The translations under genes were made by a program, and so were the position numbers. DNA of 63,610 bases, counting the filler, from Collodictyon triciliatum (taxonomy: Eukaryota): the NCBI GenBank assembly GCA_043381765.1. It is 5 parts of 5 records of this genome, joined end to end, with 100 filler letters (N's around TTAATTAATTAA, not from the genome) between each part and the next. Parts side by side here need not be neighbours in the genome. Positions count along the whole stretch, not along the records: positions 32,981 to 51,492 come from JBHJMP010001495.1; positions 51,593 to 56,508 come from JBHJMP010001594.1; 3 more parts are not named here. The stretch is one strand, 5' to 3'. The notes under the pieces are model-generated. The model was given only the letters and a program-made list of their open reading frames with translations. It searched no databases and had not been told where the DNA came from. Of this stretch, positions 39,116 to 54,040 are shown one piece after another. Within the stretch, counting starts at the first letter, position 1. The number at the start of each line of letters is the position of its first letter.

Positions 39116-40862
39116 TCATTTTGATGTCTCTGCAACAGATGGCGGTGGCGGTTGGCTTTCATTAGGAGGACACAAATAGCCAGGATGTGCGCATTTTAGA
39201 ATATAAACAAGGGCATTGAACACGCATTACAAGGAATTGTTATTATTATTCTTGAGAACCAGTAAATTATAGTAATCCAATCGTGAATAATAAATGGTGT
39301 GCCAGAAGGATATTTTTGATGATACATTCTAGCAGAAAAGAACAAACCTTGAGACGACCGGTGTCGGTGTTGGTGTCGGTGGGGGCTTGGCTGGTTGATT
39401 CCCAGTATTCTTACCGCGTTCTTGAGCCAGCTACACATTGGTAAAGTAAAGTATATTGTTATCATTATTATTATTATTATTTTTAAAAAAAAAACATGAA
39501 CAAGAACAAGAACAGCCATACAATCGCCAATCATACACCGCACCCAGGTATAAAACGCGCTTGTTGTGGCAGAATTAATATATAAAGATACCTGCGATAT
39601 TGTCTTCGCAACGACGGGATATTCCATCAACAACGAGTCGAAATCTGATTTTTGAAGCTTTTTACAAAAAATAAATAAATCTATATCAATGAAGCGTCAT
39701 AGTTGACAAGTTCGTGGTAAATTGTTTACTATCAAGATGATGACAGGTTCTTGATAGCTAATATAACCCAAATAAGGATACACAAGTGAAAACACACATC
39801 GCTCCAACAAGCAGCCAACACGTCACTACATCATGTTTAAATTCCAAGAAATGGAACAAAACCCCCCAATAATTTAAATAAGTTAATATAAACCACAAAT
39901 AGTTCGCAGGTTTCACAGGCTTGCACCGAGGCAGTTCTGGTTGTGTTGGTGAGGAGGGCAATTTCACCTTCAGAATTTTTTTGGTTATTATTATTATTAT
40001 TTTAAAAAAAATTAAAAGGAGATAGGAAATTGGATTAAAGAAAGGTGGATCGCCAACTTACCAAAGAAAGAGCCTTCCTTCAATGTGGTAAGCACTGTAA
40101 CCCCATCCGCCGCAATTACCTTAACAGTTCCTCGACCGAGAAAATACATTTCCGCTCCACTTTCACTATAATGACAGAGTTGAAGTTGACAAGGTGTAAT
40201 ATAAATACTCCACCAACCACGAAAATGCATCAAAAATTAGGGGGATTTTAAATCAGCGATTTTATATGAGGTTATGATACACATGACAAAGTACCCTTTT
40301 CGAAAAACAAAGTCGTCTGCAGGACATATTTCAGGTCGAATTTTCAGGGCTAGAGCACGAATGAATGCATTCTCTGCATTCTTGAATAACGGGACCTTTG
40401 TCGGTTTATAAGTATGAGTATGTGAAAATAGTTGAGGGAAATATAAGAACGAAATTAATTATCATTTGTATACTTTTTGAATGAGGTCCTGGTAAACGTA
40501 TGCAGAAACTTCTGTTTTGAGTTCTTTAGAAAGGTCTTCAATAATGTCCCTCTCATCAACACCTAAAAAAGTATATTTCATGTTAGTCATCGCCCTATCA
40601 TGCATCAGTTGTCCTCTTCGAAGTATCAAGAAAAAGGGAAGTGTATTCTTATAAATCTCACCTTGGTTCAGAACCCAAATTAGCTCAAAGTAACTTTTAA
40701 TTCGCTCCTTGATGCTTTCTGGTACCCTTCGATACTGTTATGTGTTTGTTAGTCCCTTGATTATATGCATGAACTATTGATATAAATTTGTTGCAGTGAT
40801 TCCAGTGATAATGACAAAAGCGAGGTTGAATTGATACTAAGGATGAGAAGATGTGAAATAAT

Positions 40863-40955
<93 letters not shown>

Positions 40956-43900
40956 CAATAACAATAAGAGGAAGCAACTTGCGTGCTGGGTCAAAGGTGC
41001 AGATTTAATAAGGTAATTTGCATATACATATGAATGGAATAATTACCGTCATATATTCGTCAATGGATTGAATGCGTTCTTGAAATCGATTTTCCGTTCT
41101 ATTCATATTCTCTAATTGATTGCAGGAATAATATGGTTATTGTATTCTGCAGACGTACTCCATAATTAGACATTCTTAAAACAACGATAAGGTAAAAACC
41201 CCCTTGACATAAGAATGTATAGTTTTAAAATATTGGAATAATCTTTCAATAGGAATAGAATATCATATAGCTGCAAAAAGGAGAGAGAAGAAGGAATCAT
41301 CACTTCAAGAGTAAAATACCTATAGCTGAGTTCATAGAGCCGATAACAGTGGAGAAAACAAACATAGAAATGAATACAACAGTGATGGTCAGAATGTATT
41401 GATAGTAGGTATTCGGGTTCAGGTTGGCTGCATGACCCGCTATGGCTAAAAGTCCCCATGAGAATGACATCAGGTATTGGTCAAGTAGAGACTAAGAATT
41501 ACATATGGTAAGAATATTTGAAATATATAAAAATGAATACATCGGTATGTGCTTGAAAATTTTGTTTGTTATTCCTGAAAGTCCTTTACTTCGTTCATAA
41601 CCAAAAATTACCTTTGATTGGAAATCATATTCCCAGTAGAACTCAGTAATATCAAAATTCTAAAAATAATAATTTATAAATAAGTTAAAAACGGGGTTAT
41701 TAGCATCAAATATCCTTCAGAACAATAAGCAGGATGTGCCTGTCTGGACTAAAACGTGCAGGAAACAAAAACCTCCAAACGAGCTACAAGGAACCATCCA
41801 CACCCTGCCCAATGGGATGCAACACAAAATTGAAATGTAAGTTCCACAACAACATAAATCTTTGCAGCAGAGTTCCAGACATCGGCCTAAAGAAAACTCT
41901 CTTATTAATGTAAGGGTAGAATCAAGAGGAAGAAAAATGAAGGTCGTGAAAGGCACTTCCAATTGAAAAAGGGGTACGAGAACGATATATGAAAAAAATG
42001 CGCAAACAATGAACACAGGTACATTACCTGCTCCAGCCTCGATGTGCGGAAGAGTCTCAAGAGATAAATAGATCGAACTAAATTACTTTCCTCAGAGGTG
42101 GGAACCATGAAGGGAAACGGAATAGATGATACAAAGTCGACAAAAAACCATGACTGGAGATATTGAAGAAGCAAGACTTTCGGGTTATCTATTGTCTGTG
42201 TGGTTCATGGATAAGATTCGAGAAAAGGAAAAGGAAAAGGAAAAGGAAAAGGAAAAATAGAGGGAGATTAGCATAACCACTATCACAGATGGATGTAGAG
42301 GAAAAGCTCCATACCTCTGAACTATCCTCGATGATAGTCCTCATATTAACGACCGTATCTAACATAAATACGAAACAGGAAAACAGATCTACGGCCATCC
42401 ATCCTCCGACTACGTCAATCTTTGATGGAGATGAAAAATGAAAGAAATACTAAATACCTTGGGACTTTTCGTCTTAACCCAAACTTATATTAGGAGATAA
42501 GCATAACGCTTTTAATGAAATATATTTTTCTACTTTTTAAGGTAACTTTGATGGTGAACCGATTTTGATATTCACTTACACCAAAGCCGATGAAAAATGG
42601 AACTGCAAATAAGGTATAGAAGATGAGGATGCCAACCAATCGTTGCCAAAAGTAAATGAAGGTGGATGTTGGGTGGAATAGAGGAAGGAGATACCAAGGA
42701 TTCCCCTTTGCAACTTCCTCCTTTCATTTTTAAAATAAAAATAGTTAGCTATATTTAATAGATGCTAGAGATGGAGCAATATGCCACACGTATGATTGCA
42801 CAATTAAACTCACAGCGTAGCCCCAAAGAAAAAAAAAATGATATGGCCATGATATATCAGAGGTGATCAAACCTTCGCCCTGTACCCTGTACAAGTCATC
42901 GGTAGCTCCTTCAACCATAGCTTCACCATGGCATATTTCTCAATCACATAATTACTCACAAGAAGGTATATAATTAAGAATTTTTCTCTGGTGGTAATGG
43001 CATCATCCTAATGATTATATGCTCCATTATTATAAATAGATGTGTGTAAAACGATTAAAAAGAGAAAAGAGAAAAGAGAAAAGAGAAAAGAGAAAAGAGA
43101 AGAGAGAAAAGAGAAAAGAGAAAAGAAACAGAATGGTGATTAAAAATTAAATTTGAGCTGGTGGTTGCGGTGGTTAGGTAACCTTCATGTACCTTTTCGT
43201 CATCGACAGGATGATCATCTGAAACCGTGCTCTCGGTATAATAACTTTGTGATGCTTCAGATGGACCAGTCAGACTTCTTTCTGGTGATTTCAAAGAATT
43301 TACAGATCTCTGCTGTGGATCGAGGTGGATTGGAACTGGAGATGTATTCGCAGAAGATACTTGGACAGTTTCCTTGGGACTCGATGGCAACGCGTGCGCA
43401 TCTTGAGCCAAATCCAGACTGTTTGTACTTTTTTGCTTAAACGATGAAGAGAGTGAGGTATGATCTGATGATGATGATTGTGAGAGAAATGGAACTGTTC
43501 GCAGCACAGATGTGTCTTGAGGAGAATTATCCAGGACAGATACAGCACTGCGGTCGGACGGCACCTTGCGGATTACTGGTGGAGATATGGGATTCGGGTG
43601 GATTGATGACACGGACATGGTAATAGTTTGTGGCTCAAAGAACGTGACGGCACTGGAAGACTTCTTCGGATCTGCAGCGAGGACGATGGAGTGTGAGCTG
43701 GATGCTAGAGCCAACTCCTCTTGATCCAAGAGCGGACCTTGCATCGGATTTGCGACGGCAGACGATGGGCGATCGACAGCTAATCTCATCTGAGATGGAC
43801 GCTTCACATCTGGAGAAAGAAGCTGCTGCATGATAGGGCTCTGGCCAGAGGAAGATTTGAACGACCCGTTTTCCGAGGCTGCATTCTTCAATGCTGCTTT

Positions 43901-44848
43901 TCTAAGCAGCTTCCAGCTACTCCCGGGCTGAACCTTTGCCGGTGTGGATGGTTTGGAATGGGGAGCAGAATCGGGCTCCGGTTGCGGCTGCAGCTGAGAT
44001 GGTAATTGCTGTTGCGGTGATAAGGCTTCTGCAACATCGGACTCAGCCGGGTTGTGTGCTGAACCCAAAGCAGAAAGAACATCGGCGTCCAAGAAACGAG
44101 CAGAATGCGACAGGAAGGATGACACAGAGGCGAGTGAGATAAGCTCCTGTCGTGGATTCCTGTTCGTGCGCGTCCCAGGCCGGCTGGTAAAGCTGATTCT
44201 GGGGGCATCAGCGGCATCTGTGATGCTAGAAACAAGAGCAGCGTCTGGATCGGCCAGGTGAATGGTGATGGCCTCCTCAACATCCTCGGCCGTGAAGTCG
44301 GTGAGATGCGCGTCGATGGCAGCCAAGTCAAGATGCGGTCTAGTGTCTGTGTGGTGATCATCGTTCTCATCGTTCTCATCGTGATAATTGTCGTCGTTGT
44401 GGTCGTTGTGATCGTTATAGCCGTTCTGATCGTTGTGATCGTTATACTCGTTGTGATCATCATGGCTGTCCTCGTCTGTCTCGTGGGCCAGCAAGTCCAC
44501 CTGGCTGGTCATGTCTGTAAGCAGGCCAAGCTCCACAATGGCCGAGCCGGTGACAAGCTGAATCATGGGCGTCCGCGGCCGCGTGCGGGAAAGCGGGCGA
44601 TCGGAAACGGATAATTCTGGCGTGATTTGATCGGTGATGAAGCTTGAGCCGCTAACAAGATGATGGCTGCCTGCTTTTGTCCCGGGTGCTGCAGAAGCAG
44701 TTGCGCCTGTGGCTGACTCAGTCCTGTCATCGTGCGGCTCGGGAGCGACCACAACAACCACATCGGCAGCCGGGCGGCCTTCGCGTGTTTCGCGCGATCG
44801 TGGCCGGAGTAGATCGAGAAGTCCCGGCTGAGGAGTCTTTGGTCTCAT
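39116..44848 (-). CDS. Cyclic-nucleotide-binding-domain ion channel (CNG/HCN/KCNH superfamily) with long disordered N-terminus
   Basis: FHPTSTFIYFW (pre-S1), WFFVDFVSSIPF (S3), LLRLFRTSRL (S4), C-linker (RIQSIDEYM, RIKSYFELIW), CNBD VPLFKNA...GAEMYFLGRGTVKV...EGSFFGEIALLTNTTRTASV. Confidence 0.9.
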
Positions 44849-45260
44849 CTCGATGGCCTGTGCGTTTCCTGTCCCGCTGTTTTCCCTGCGTGATTTGACG
44901 AAGTGGTCTTTGCTGTTTGATCCATCTGCTGGGCGGACGATCGTGCGATCGGGTGATTAATCTCGTGCGGTGGTTTTCACTCCACATGTGGAATAATAGT
45001 TCAACGGAGTGCTCCGTTGGCTGAATTGATGAACATATGGATGAATCAAAATATGGAAAGGGTGGTGGCAGAGTCCAGGATTTACTTGTCTTTGTATCCC
45101 TTCATCGGTTCCAAAGAGAATTTTTTGCTTCTTCGTTCCTTATTCATCTTTGCTACTACTATTTTTTTTTTTATTTTTGTTCCATGCTCATCAAACCATT
45201 GGTTGGTGATAGATTCTGTGGGGATTTAACAAACGGGGTGGGAAGGCGTGTTAGACGGAC

Positions 45261-47787
45261 TCACGCGACCAACGCGTCGTACATCTCTTTGAAGCAGACA
45301 GAGCGGTATTTGTGCTCCAAGCGCTCCATGTACCCTGCATAATCTTTCGTGTGGAAATTTGGAATCGGCTCCTTCGCAAATCTTGTAAAAAGGTCGTTTG
45401 CCAAGACTGTTTGTCTCAACGAAGGACTGGAATGTCGAAAAAGGGATACACATACATAAACAAACCAATCAGGTCCTCTGAGGGTCTGAGCGAGATGAAT
45501 CCACGCCACTTCAGAAAAGTCCAGCACATCCCAGAAGGATTGCTGCCACCACCGCGATAGGATTCGAGATATAGGTAGACCAGCTATCCGAAAACAAGAG
45601 AGGATAAAGGGCTCTTCATTCTCTAGGACGTATTCCACCAGCCAGGAATAGCAGAGGACACAGGAGAAGTCAAATTCAAATGTCCGTTTCGGCCACGAAT
45701 ACACCGAAGATGCGTGTCTTGAAAAGCTGGATAGAAAGTTGAGAGACTCGGACACCGCATTCACACCGAATGGTTGAAAAATCATGAGTGTGGTTGCTAC
45801 AAAATAATCGCTGTCATATGTAATTGCTGGGTGCATGGTTGGTTTCAGAATAAGTTTGTCTGTGTCTTTACTCCCTAAAAATGTGCCGGATTGAGGCCCA
45901 GCGGATGGCTTTACCACCTCTGGGTTGGAGACGAGGGTCAAAGTCTTGGGATTTTTACAGAGTTAGGTTTTGATATCTTGAAATAATGCTATTCATAAAA
46001 ATGTAATCTTATGAGTCCATTCTTCAGAGATATTACTTTGTAGTCAAAGAGATATTTCTCTGATTTATTTCGTAAATAAAAAAAAACCTGTTCCAGGAGA
46101 GACACCAAATCTGTCTGGAATGAATGAGATACTGGCAAAACGTGCTTGGCATACCGGGATATCTTTTCGATGGACCATATTTTGGTAGGCGGTGATTTCT
46201 TTTCAAAGTGACAAATAGGATCAGAAAATAAATAAATAAATAAATAGTGTAGTATGTTATTTTATGACCCAAGAAACTGGGAAGTTTTAATTTATGCAAT
46301 GTATAATGCTGTTTTCTAACCTTCGAAGATAGTGCTCTGGGTGTTGCTCGTGGCGGTAGATGGGATTGGTATATATGAAGAGAGGCACACCAACAAAAAG
46401 GAATGTCAAGGTTTGAATGAGACCCAGCATTGGTGCTTACTCTTCCTAAATGCTGCAAATGTAGGTTTGCATACATTCTTAGAATATTTCATTTATCTTG
46501 ATCTCTAAAGGATAAAGAAGGAAAACAAATAAAAAGGAGAGAAGAGAAGAGGAGATGAGAAAAAGAAACGAATTTATTGATTCCAATATATCATCAAGAA
46601 AAAAACTCCTACAATTATCTGTTCGACTTGAATATTTGCCTTCTTCCATTCTTCTATTAGTCCAGCCTCGACACTAATTTAAAAATCACTCATTATGCGC
46701 ATGTTTAATATGCATATTTAGAATTTTGCTGTTTTATTCGCAATTAAATCAGGCAAATAGGGTAACCTTGTTAACAAATGTTGAGCAATTTTGTTTCCTG
46801 TGGCTAGATAACTATTTGATGGTGGCAAAGAGCCTGTTATTGGCAAATTTGCTTCCAAAGATACTTTTGGCCTTCTTTTTTCTTGCGCACCGCCAATAAA
46901 ATAAGAATTGACGACGATGAGGTTTCTCATCAATGAATTCAAGTCACGAATGACAGGGGCATCTAATTTAAGTTGGTTTTTTTTCGTTTTAGAAATATGT
47001 AAAGAAAAAGAAAAAGAAAAAGAAAAAGAAAAAGAAAAAGAAAAAGAAAAAGAAAAAGAAAAAGGAGGAACACGCACATATATATATATATCTGATTATT
47101 GTCATATAGGTACCTGCGTTATCATCAACCCTAGTTTGGAGAGAGCATAGATTATCCAATACGCCATATTTTTCCTGTAAATACTCTTGACTATACAATG
47201 ATGTCGACAGAATAGAGAGAAAAGAAAGGGCAACCTAATAAAACAGTATATAACCAAAAAAAAATAATTATTAGATTCATAGACGATGTGACGTGATATA
47301 ACTCGCAAGGTTCAAATTATCATCATATCAAATAAAACCACTCATATTTGTGGGAAAACATTATTGATGAAAAGAAGCGAACATAATCCATATCAAGGGT
47401 CCAATAAGATTGCTCGGTGGGCGGGTCAAAGTTCAATCGAATATAACGATTCATAATAAAAGTAATCTTTTCCATATCACGTGTATCGACGTAAATATGT
47501 GAATAAATAGAGCCTAAATAACAGTAGTTCAGTTTTCATTACAAGTACAAACATTCAAATGTTTAAAGTTGAATGAGTTAACAAAGCATGTCCGAAAAAA
47601 ATGAAAATGAAAAGAGGGAATATGACGCAATCGAGAATATTTGTTGTATTATAATACCCATGACAAGCTGTAAAATAGCAAAGAATTCAATGATGCTTTC
47701 GCTTGAATTGTTAAAATCTGATGAATTGACCATGATCTCAGAACAATATTCAAATTTGAAGATAAATTAATGATGATGATAATGATG

Positions 47788-47857
<70 letters not shown>

Positions 47858-50800
47858 AGGATGGTGCTCCCTATATATTTGACTCAAGTCGTGTAATTTG
47901 AGTGGAAATTTTTGAAAAATAGAAAGCGTACAAAGGTCATCACTTAGAGTTGGACAGTCGAGGAGAGCCTTGACTTTTTCGGACAAAATCTCCAATATTC
48001 TATGGAAAAATAGATAAAATATATATTTTGTATATTTGTGATATACCAAGAAAAATCTATTGCGCAATTTTTCAACATAAGTGGTCCAAATCAATCACAA
48101 AATACGCCGCAAATAGAAAAGAAAAATTGCAATACCTTGTTTTCATGAGTGCGTGAAATCCCTTCCTCGTTGACGATAAAGCAGATAAACAGTATACAGT
48201 TTCGTTGAAGTCAGAAGAACCAGCTAATCTACGATGCGATTTACTGCCCATCAGTGAGCGTCTTACTTTATGGATTGGCATCCCTCATCATATGTATTAC
48301 ATTAATGATTCAATCTTGTGTTGTCATTCGATTGTGTGCATAGGATAATATATGAAACCTATCGACAAATAATCGGAAGGTATCCTCAAAAAAATGTTGT
48401 TGTTGAATCCAAAGGCATCCAATCGAGTGGAGACATACTGTGACATTATGGATTTTACACATTTCTTTTCATTCTCATTGAATACAAAAATAGAAGAAAA
48501 AGAGTACCGGAGGCCATGGAGGGGCACCATAGTTTATGTGTCTCGATAATATCTCTGATGTACGTAAATCCTATGCGATGCTTGACGACTTGGGAGATGA
48601 CATTCAAATATCCTTCTTTAATCCTATGTTAATTTTGTATTGATATCTAATAGACTCGTTTCAAAATTGACATCAATTAGATTATCTTTGAATCGAATAA
48701 AAAAAAACATTAATCAGATTATGTAAAATTAAAATAGTAGACATTTATCGACTTATATGAGCATTACGGCTGAGGTAGCTTTGAGCTGATGGCAGAAACA
48801 ATTTCACAAAGCAGATGTTGGTATACATTCGCGTCTTGATGACTGTATTTTAAGAGTAAATCGAATCGTATATTTAACACAAACATCACTTGGCTGGATA
48901 AATAGACAAAAAAAAATCAGGAAAGCATAACAGACGGGATTTGCATTAAACAAATTCACTATATGAATACAGTTTAATGTACATTCTTTCATTGAACGGA
49001 ATAAACTTGTACCCATAAAAAGGACTGCGCTCAAATATTTTGGTTAATATAATTGATATGTAAGTATGGCTGCTAAATAATCGCTCTATCTGCTCTTTCT
49101 GATTACTAATCTCATCAAGGTCTTTTTGAATGCATGCGATTTTATTCGCTATCCTCTCGATATTACTCTCCTATGTAAAAACATTAAGTTTGGTAGAAAT
49201 GCTACAGGCCCGCATAAAAACGCTGTATAGAATAGATTTTTAAGCGTACACTTAAAATAATCGATATCCCTTTCTCGTAGTTGACTTCAAGGAAGCATTC
49301 CAGCGAGTTGAAAGACGAGTCCAATAGCGACTTTTGTAATGTCAGTGATATTGGTAATAATAATTTAATCAATTTAATGGTCCAAATCGTCAAAATGATG
49401 CGTAAATATCACTGAAATATTAAAGGCACTAGTATCAAAATATGCATATCAAATGGGGAAAGATGAAGGCGAGGACATCATTAAGTGTTGACTAATCATA
49501 TTACTTTATATCTCGAAGTCTTGGTGCGAAATAAGGTATCTGTTAGAATCTGAATCAACAACTCCACTGTTCTTGACACTGATACTAGGTTGAATTATTA
49601 AAGAAAAAATAGGTAAATTTACCATTTTCCATATTAATTTTTGATATTTTATTTTGATAAAGAAATAAAATGTACCAGAGCCCTCCGCTTTACCAATAAA
49701 AGACTCTTGAAAGGCTGGTGTAAGATTGAATCCGCAAATGTGTTAAAAAATGATAAAAGATCGGTATCATTTAAAGTATGATGTTGCTTAAAATTTTCAT
49801 ATCAAATAGATCCAAATAATACGTACGAAGCGAAAAGAAAATGAACGTAATAATGATACAAAACATCATACATACATACATACATACATACATACATACA
49901 TACATACATACATACATACATACATACATACATACATACATACATACATACATACATACATACATACATNNNNNNNNNNNNNNNNNNNNNNNNNNNNNNN
50001 NNNNNNNNNNNNNNNNNNNNNNNNNNNNNNNNNNNNNNNNNNNNNNNNNNNNNNNNNNNNNNNNNNNNNNNNNNNNNNNNNNNNNNNNNNNNNNNNNNNN
50101 NNNNNNNNNNNNNNNNNNNNNNNNNNNNNNNNNNNNNNNNNNNNNNNNNNNNNNNNNNNNNNNNNNNNNNNNNNNNNNNNNNNNNNNNNNNNNNNNNNNN
50201 NNNNNNNNNNNNNNNNNNNNNNNNNNNNNNNNNNNNNNNNNNNNNNNNNNNNNNNNNNNNNNNNNNNNNNNNNNNNNNNNNNNNNNNNNNNNNNNNNNNN
50301 NNNNNNNNNNNNNNNNNNNNNNNNNNNNNNNNNNNNNNNNNNNNNNNNNNNNNNNNNNNNNNNNNNNNNNNNNNNNNNNNNNCATACATACATACATACA
50401 TACATACATACATACATACATACATACATACATACATACATACATACATACATACATACATACATACATACATACAAACATACATACATACAACATAATA
50501 ATAATATATCGATGATAATATTAAAGTTGTTGAAAATTCAAAAAAATTAACAAGATAAACCTTCTGGGAATGGAATCAGATGAGATATGAAGCTGATACA
50601 GAAAACAAAAATAGAATATTGCTCTTCTATTTTCCATTCAGCAGGGAATGTGCCCCTATGGTAAGTTTTATCTTTATATTTTTCTTTTTTAAAAAGAATT
50701 AGATGATAACACGATATGAAGTCTTATAATGTGTTTATAGCATACTTGCTCGGTAGTAGTGATTCTTTTCTGGTGAGCATTTGAATTCGATTCCAGATGT

Positions 50801-51293
50801 TTGAAACCAAACCAGACCCACTAAGTTCCTTAAGTATTAGTGGGCGCATGTAACCACCTCTAATCCATTGAATAAACCATTCTGCATTTGGATCTAACGC
50901 GCAGAACAATCCACCTAGTTGATCTGATCGAATCCCTTTATTTTCGCATATCTGGTATTTCATATGTGTAGGAATAAAAGGTGACTGACACAATTTATGG
51001 ATGAAATCGTCAAACAGTATATTTGTGCATAAAATAGTTTATTTATCGAACTGGATTAATGCATATGATACGCGTAACCAAAGATATCATGACAGAGAAA
51101 TTGGGTGACTTATTTAAAATAAAAATGCAAGCCTATTTCTTGTCAATTGAATATGCATATTATATGGTAATAATTAATCATACCAGGTCAGATATAAATC
51201 GAAGAGAGGATTGAAAAACTTTAGACAGAAGCAAACTAGGCAGAGACATCCAATAGAAAGGTATCTCTGTCTGAAACTGAATGACCAATCGAA
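45261..51293 (-). CDS. TBC1D32: Protein broad-minded (BROMI), ciliary; multi-exon, 5' truncated, spans gap 49970-50382
   Basis: C-terminal RWWQQSFWDVLDF...GPDWFVYVCVSLFRH...DYAGYMERLEHKYR; N-terminal ALDPNAEWFIQW and VRLVIQFQTEIPFYW. All resemble BROMI. Confidence 0.85.
49867..50490. repeat. (CATA)n microsatellite containing an N gap
   Basis: Direct reading. Confidence 0.95.
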
Positions 51294-51393
51294 CCTTTTT
51301 TTTTAAAAAAAAAAAAAAAGTAATGTGAAACATACGAAAATATTGTCTTCGTTTCGCACAGAGCATTGTTTTTATGAGCATTCATCCCATAAA

Positions 51394-51492
<99 letters not shown>

Positions 51493-51592
51493 NNNNNNNN
51501 NNNNNNNNNNNNNNNNNNNNNNNNNNNNNNNNNNNNTTAATTAATTAANNNNNNNNNNNNNNNNNNNNNNNNNNNNNNNNNNNNNNNNNNNN
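51493..51592. other. Artificial contig-joining linker
   Basis: TTAATTAATTAA at 51537-51548 within Ns. Confidence 0.97.
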
Positions 51593-51640
51593 ATGAAAAA
51601 AAAAAAAAAAAAAAAAAGGCTAAAAAAAAAAATTTAAAAG

Positions 51641-51712
<72 letters not shown>

Positions 51713-51779
51713 GAGAAAAAAACCGCTGTGCAACACAAACTCTGTAAACGTGAGGCACACAGGGCGCAGGAGAAGGGAC

Positions 51780-51893
51780 GGCTTCTATGGGATATGTGTT
51801 ACCTTGCGCGTTGAAAGCAAGCCCTGGGATGAAGCCGCAGTAGCCCGAGATTCGGTGTCGAGAAGAGGCTTGCTCTTTCCGTGCTTCGGCCAT
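51780..51893 (-). CDS. Exon of a FAM166/CIMIP2-like ciliary microtubule inner protein, truncated
   Basis: HRISGYCGFIPGLAFNAQGNTY resembles the PGY.GF.P....G.TY motif. Confidence 0.5.
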
Positions 51894-53450
51894 CGACCAA
51901 AGGGTATCGCACGCTGCAGGTCGACAGCGCTGTTTTCGGGCAAACCTTGGAGCAGATTAAAGCCTGCGTTAAGCAGAAAAAGGCAACAACGTACACTCAG
52001 ATTCGACTCGTACGACAGCTTTGGCTCGCGGGGGATTGTAGAAGTGATTGCGAAGCCAGCTGCTTTCGTGCGCTGTTGTTTGGAGTGTGGCGACAGGTGC
52101 GCTTTGTGTCAGACAGATTCCACCTTTGGGTTCCGTTGGGGCTACCTAATGTGGATTTTACTACGTGTGACACAAGAAAGTGATTATGTGATTTAAATTG
52201 CGCGAGAGGTTATCCAGTTTCGTATTTCTTCCGTGTGTGTGTGTGTGCGTCGGGAATCTACGCGGAGGGAACGAGGGTTCTTCATGCATAGTCCGACCCG
52301 ATTACGTTCCGCGTGTATCCCGTGGTTGCTAGATGAGCCTCATGAGTTGTATAAATTGCATTAAACCTTAGCCATTAGTAAATGGGTGTGATGAAAAATA
52401 ACCATCCGATGTTATATATCTATATGTGGAATACATTTATTTTTATTTGTATTACGCACTTGTAACTGCGTTTGTGTGTATCTGCAATAAAATAGGCTAG
52501 ATTGTGGTTGCTATGTGTGATTATGTTGGGAATTCTGGCTTGGCTCAACAGCTCCCTGTGGACGGGTGCAGAGGCTGGGCTGGCAGATGGGTGGGGTACC
52601 ATAAACGCAAGCAAATCCATGCTCCGCGACGTAAACATCAATTAATTTTATTTTCCCCATCTCCTTGAAGAATAGTCAGATTAAAGCATAAAAAAAAAAA
52701 AAAGTACTGCTTGAAAGCGACAGTTTTTCCTTGATGAGGCGAAATAGTAGTGGAGTATTCCAGTATCCCATGCTTTGCAATGAGGCTAAATACAAAGTAT
52801 TACCCCTTTTTTTGAGGCGCAACAGGAATATATGAATATGAATATGAACATGTTTTTGAGGCTTCTGGTATGGTGGGGTCATCGGAGAAATGATATTGCG
52901 TAAACTTGGTGCGATTTTGTGGCTGGGGTGGGTAGGTGCAATCTGGGGTGTCCCATGTAAACGCAACTGGAGAATATGTCATATTAGTGCTCTACAACTA
53001 TGATGAATCCTTCCAAAAGCAATGGGATTCTAACGCAGCCATTTATCTGGATGCATATATCCTATTTTACTTATGAATACCTGGGGCTGTTTGTAATCCG
53101 TTAGGGTTCTGCCTCGTCTTGTTTCCTTTTTTCACTCTTGCATGATTCTTTTTTGTCTGGTGGCGAGTCTTCGATTTATCAGATTCACTCGATTCGTCAA
53201 TAACATCACGCGTAACCTTACAATTAGGGGATGCCGAAGATATGGAAGTTCCTTTTGATGAAAAATTAGTATTAGTACGGATAAATCATTTTCGGCTGGA
53301 GTGGCCCTGTACTGCCGCCAATTTAGAGTTTATTTTCATTTGTCATTATAGCATTTAGAGGAAAGAGAGCAATAGGCTTTTATTCTGGGAATGGTGCGGG
53401 TAAAGGAACTTTTGAAAACGGGATTCCTTTGTTATTTGTCCAAACATGCA

Positions 53451-54040
53451 TCATTTAGATTTAGTACCTGGTTTGCAAGTCTTGTCCGGCATTGATGATA
53501 GTTCCGACGGTTCGTATTGCCCCGAGCGAAGCGACCCCTGTTGTATCTTGTGGCATGATGACATGTCCGACGTAGTTGGGGTGAAAGTGAAGGATTGGTC
53601 GACACTGCCATATCGCAAATTATGATGTCTTGATAGGCGTACGATGGTCACCATGTCTACAGTCAAGGTTCTTGGGCCATTCGATGCAGTGTAAGGAGAT
53701 ATGGCCGACGAAGCAAACTCATGAATTTTAGCTGACGGGCCCTCATTTTCTCGGCGAGAAAGTGGCCGAGAGACAAACGGGGCTGACGAGGTAGACGATA
53801 GCAGCGACTGGCACGATGGCAGTAGCGGTTGCTTTTGTGTGCTGGTCTGTACCACATCTTTAGGTTTTCATAAGAATATTTATTTGTTTTAGCCTAAATT
53901 ACCTGCCAAAGCAGAGCGTGCAGCGCAGCAAATGTCATAGACACGGCCCACTGATATGATGTGACATTTGATGGGGCAATACCAACAGACTGTAGAAGCG
54001 ATTGCAAGGACGGCAGTCGTGTCGCGCTTGTGTTTTCCAT
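53451..54040 (-). CDS. Possible low-complexity hypothetical protein
   Basis: Two S/T-rich ORFs, each with an LPSxQSLL motif, are separated by an intron-like AT-rich segment; the splice phase is ambiguous. Confidence 0.25.
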
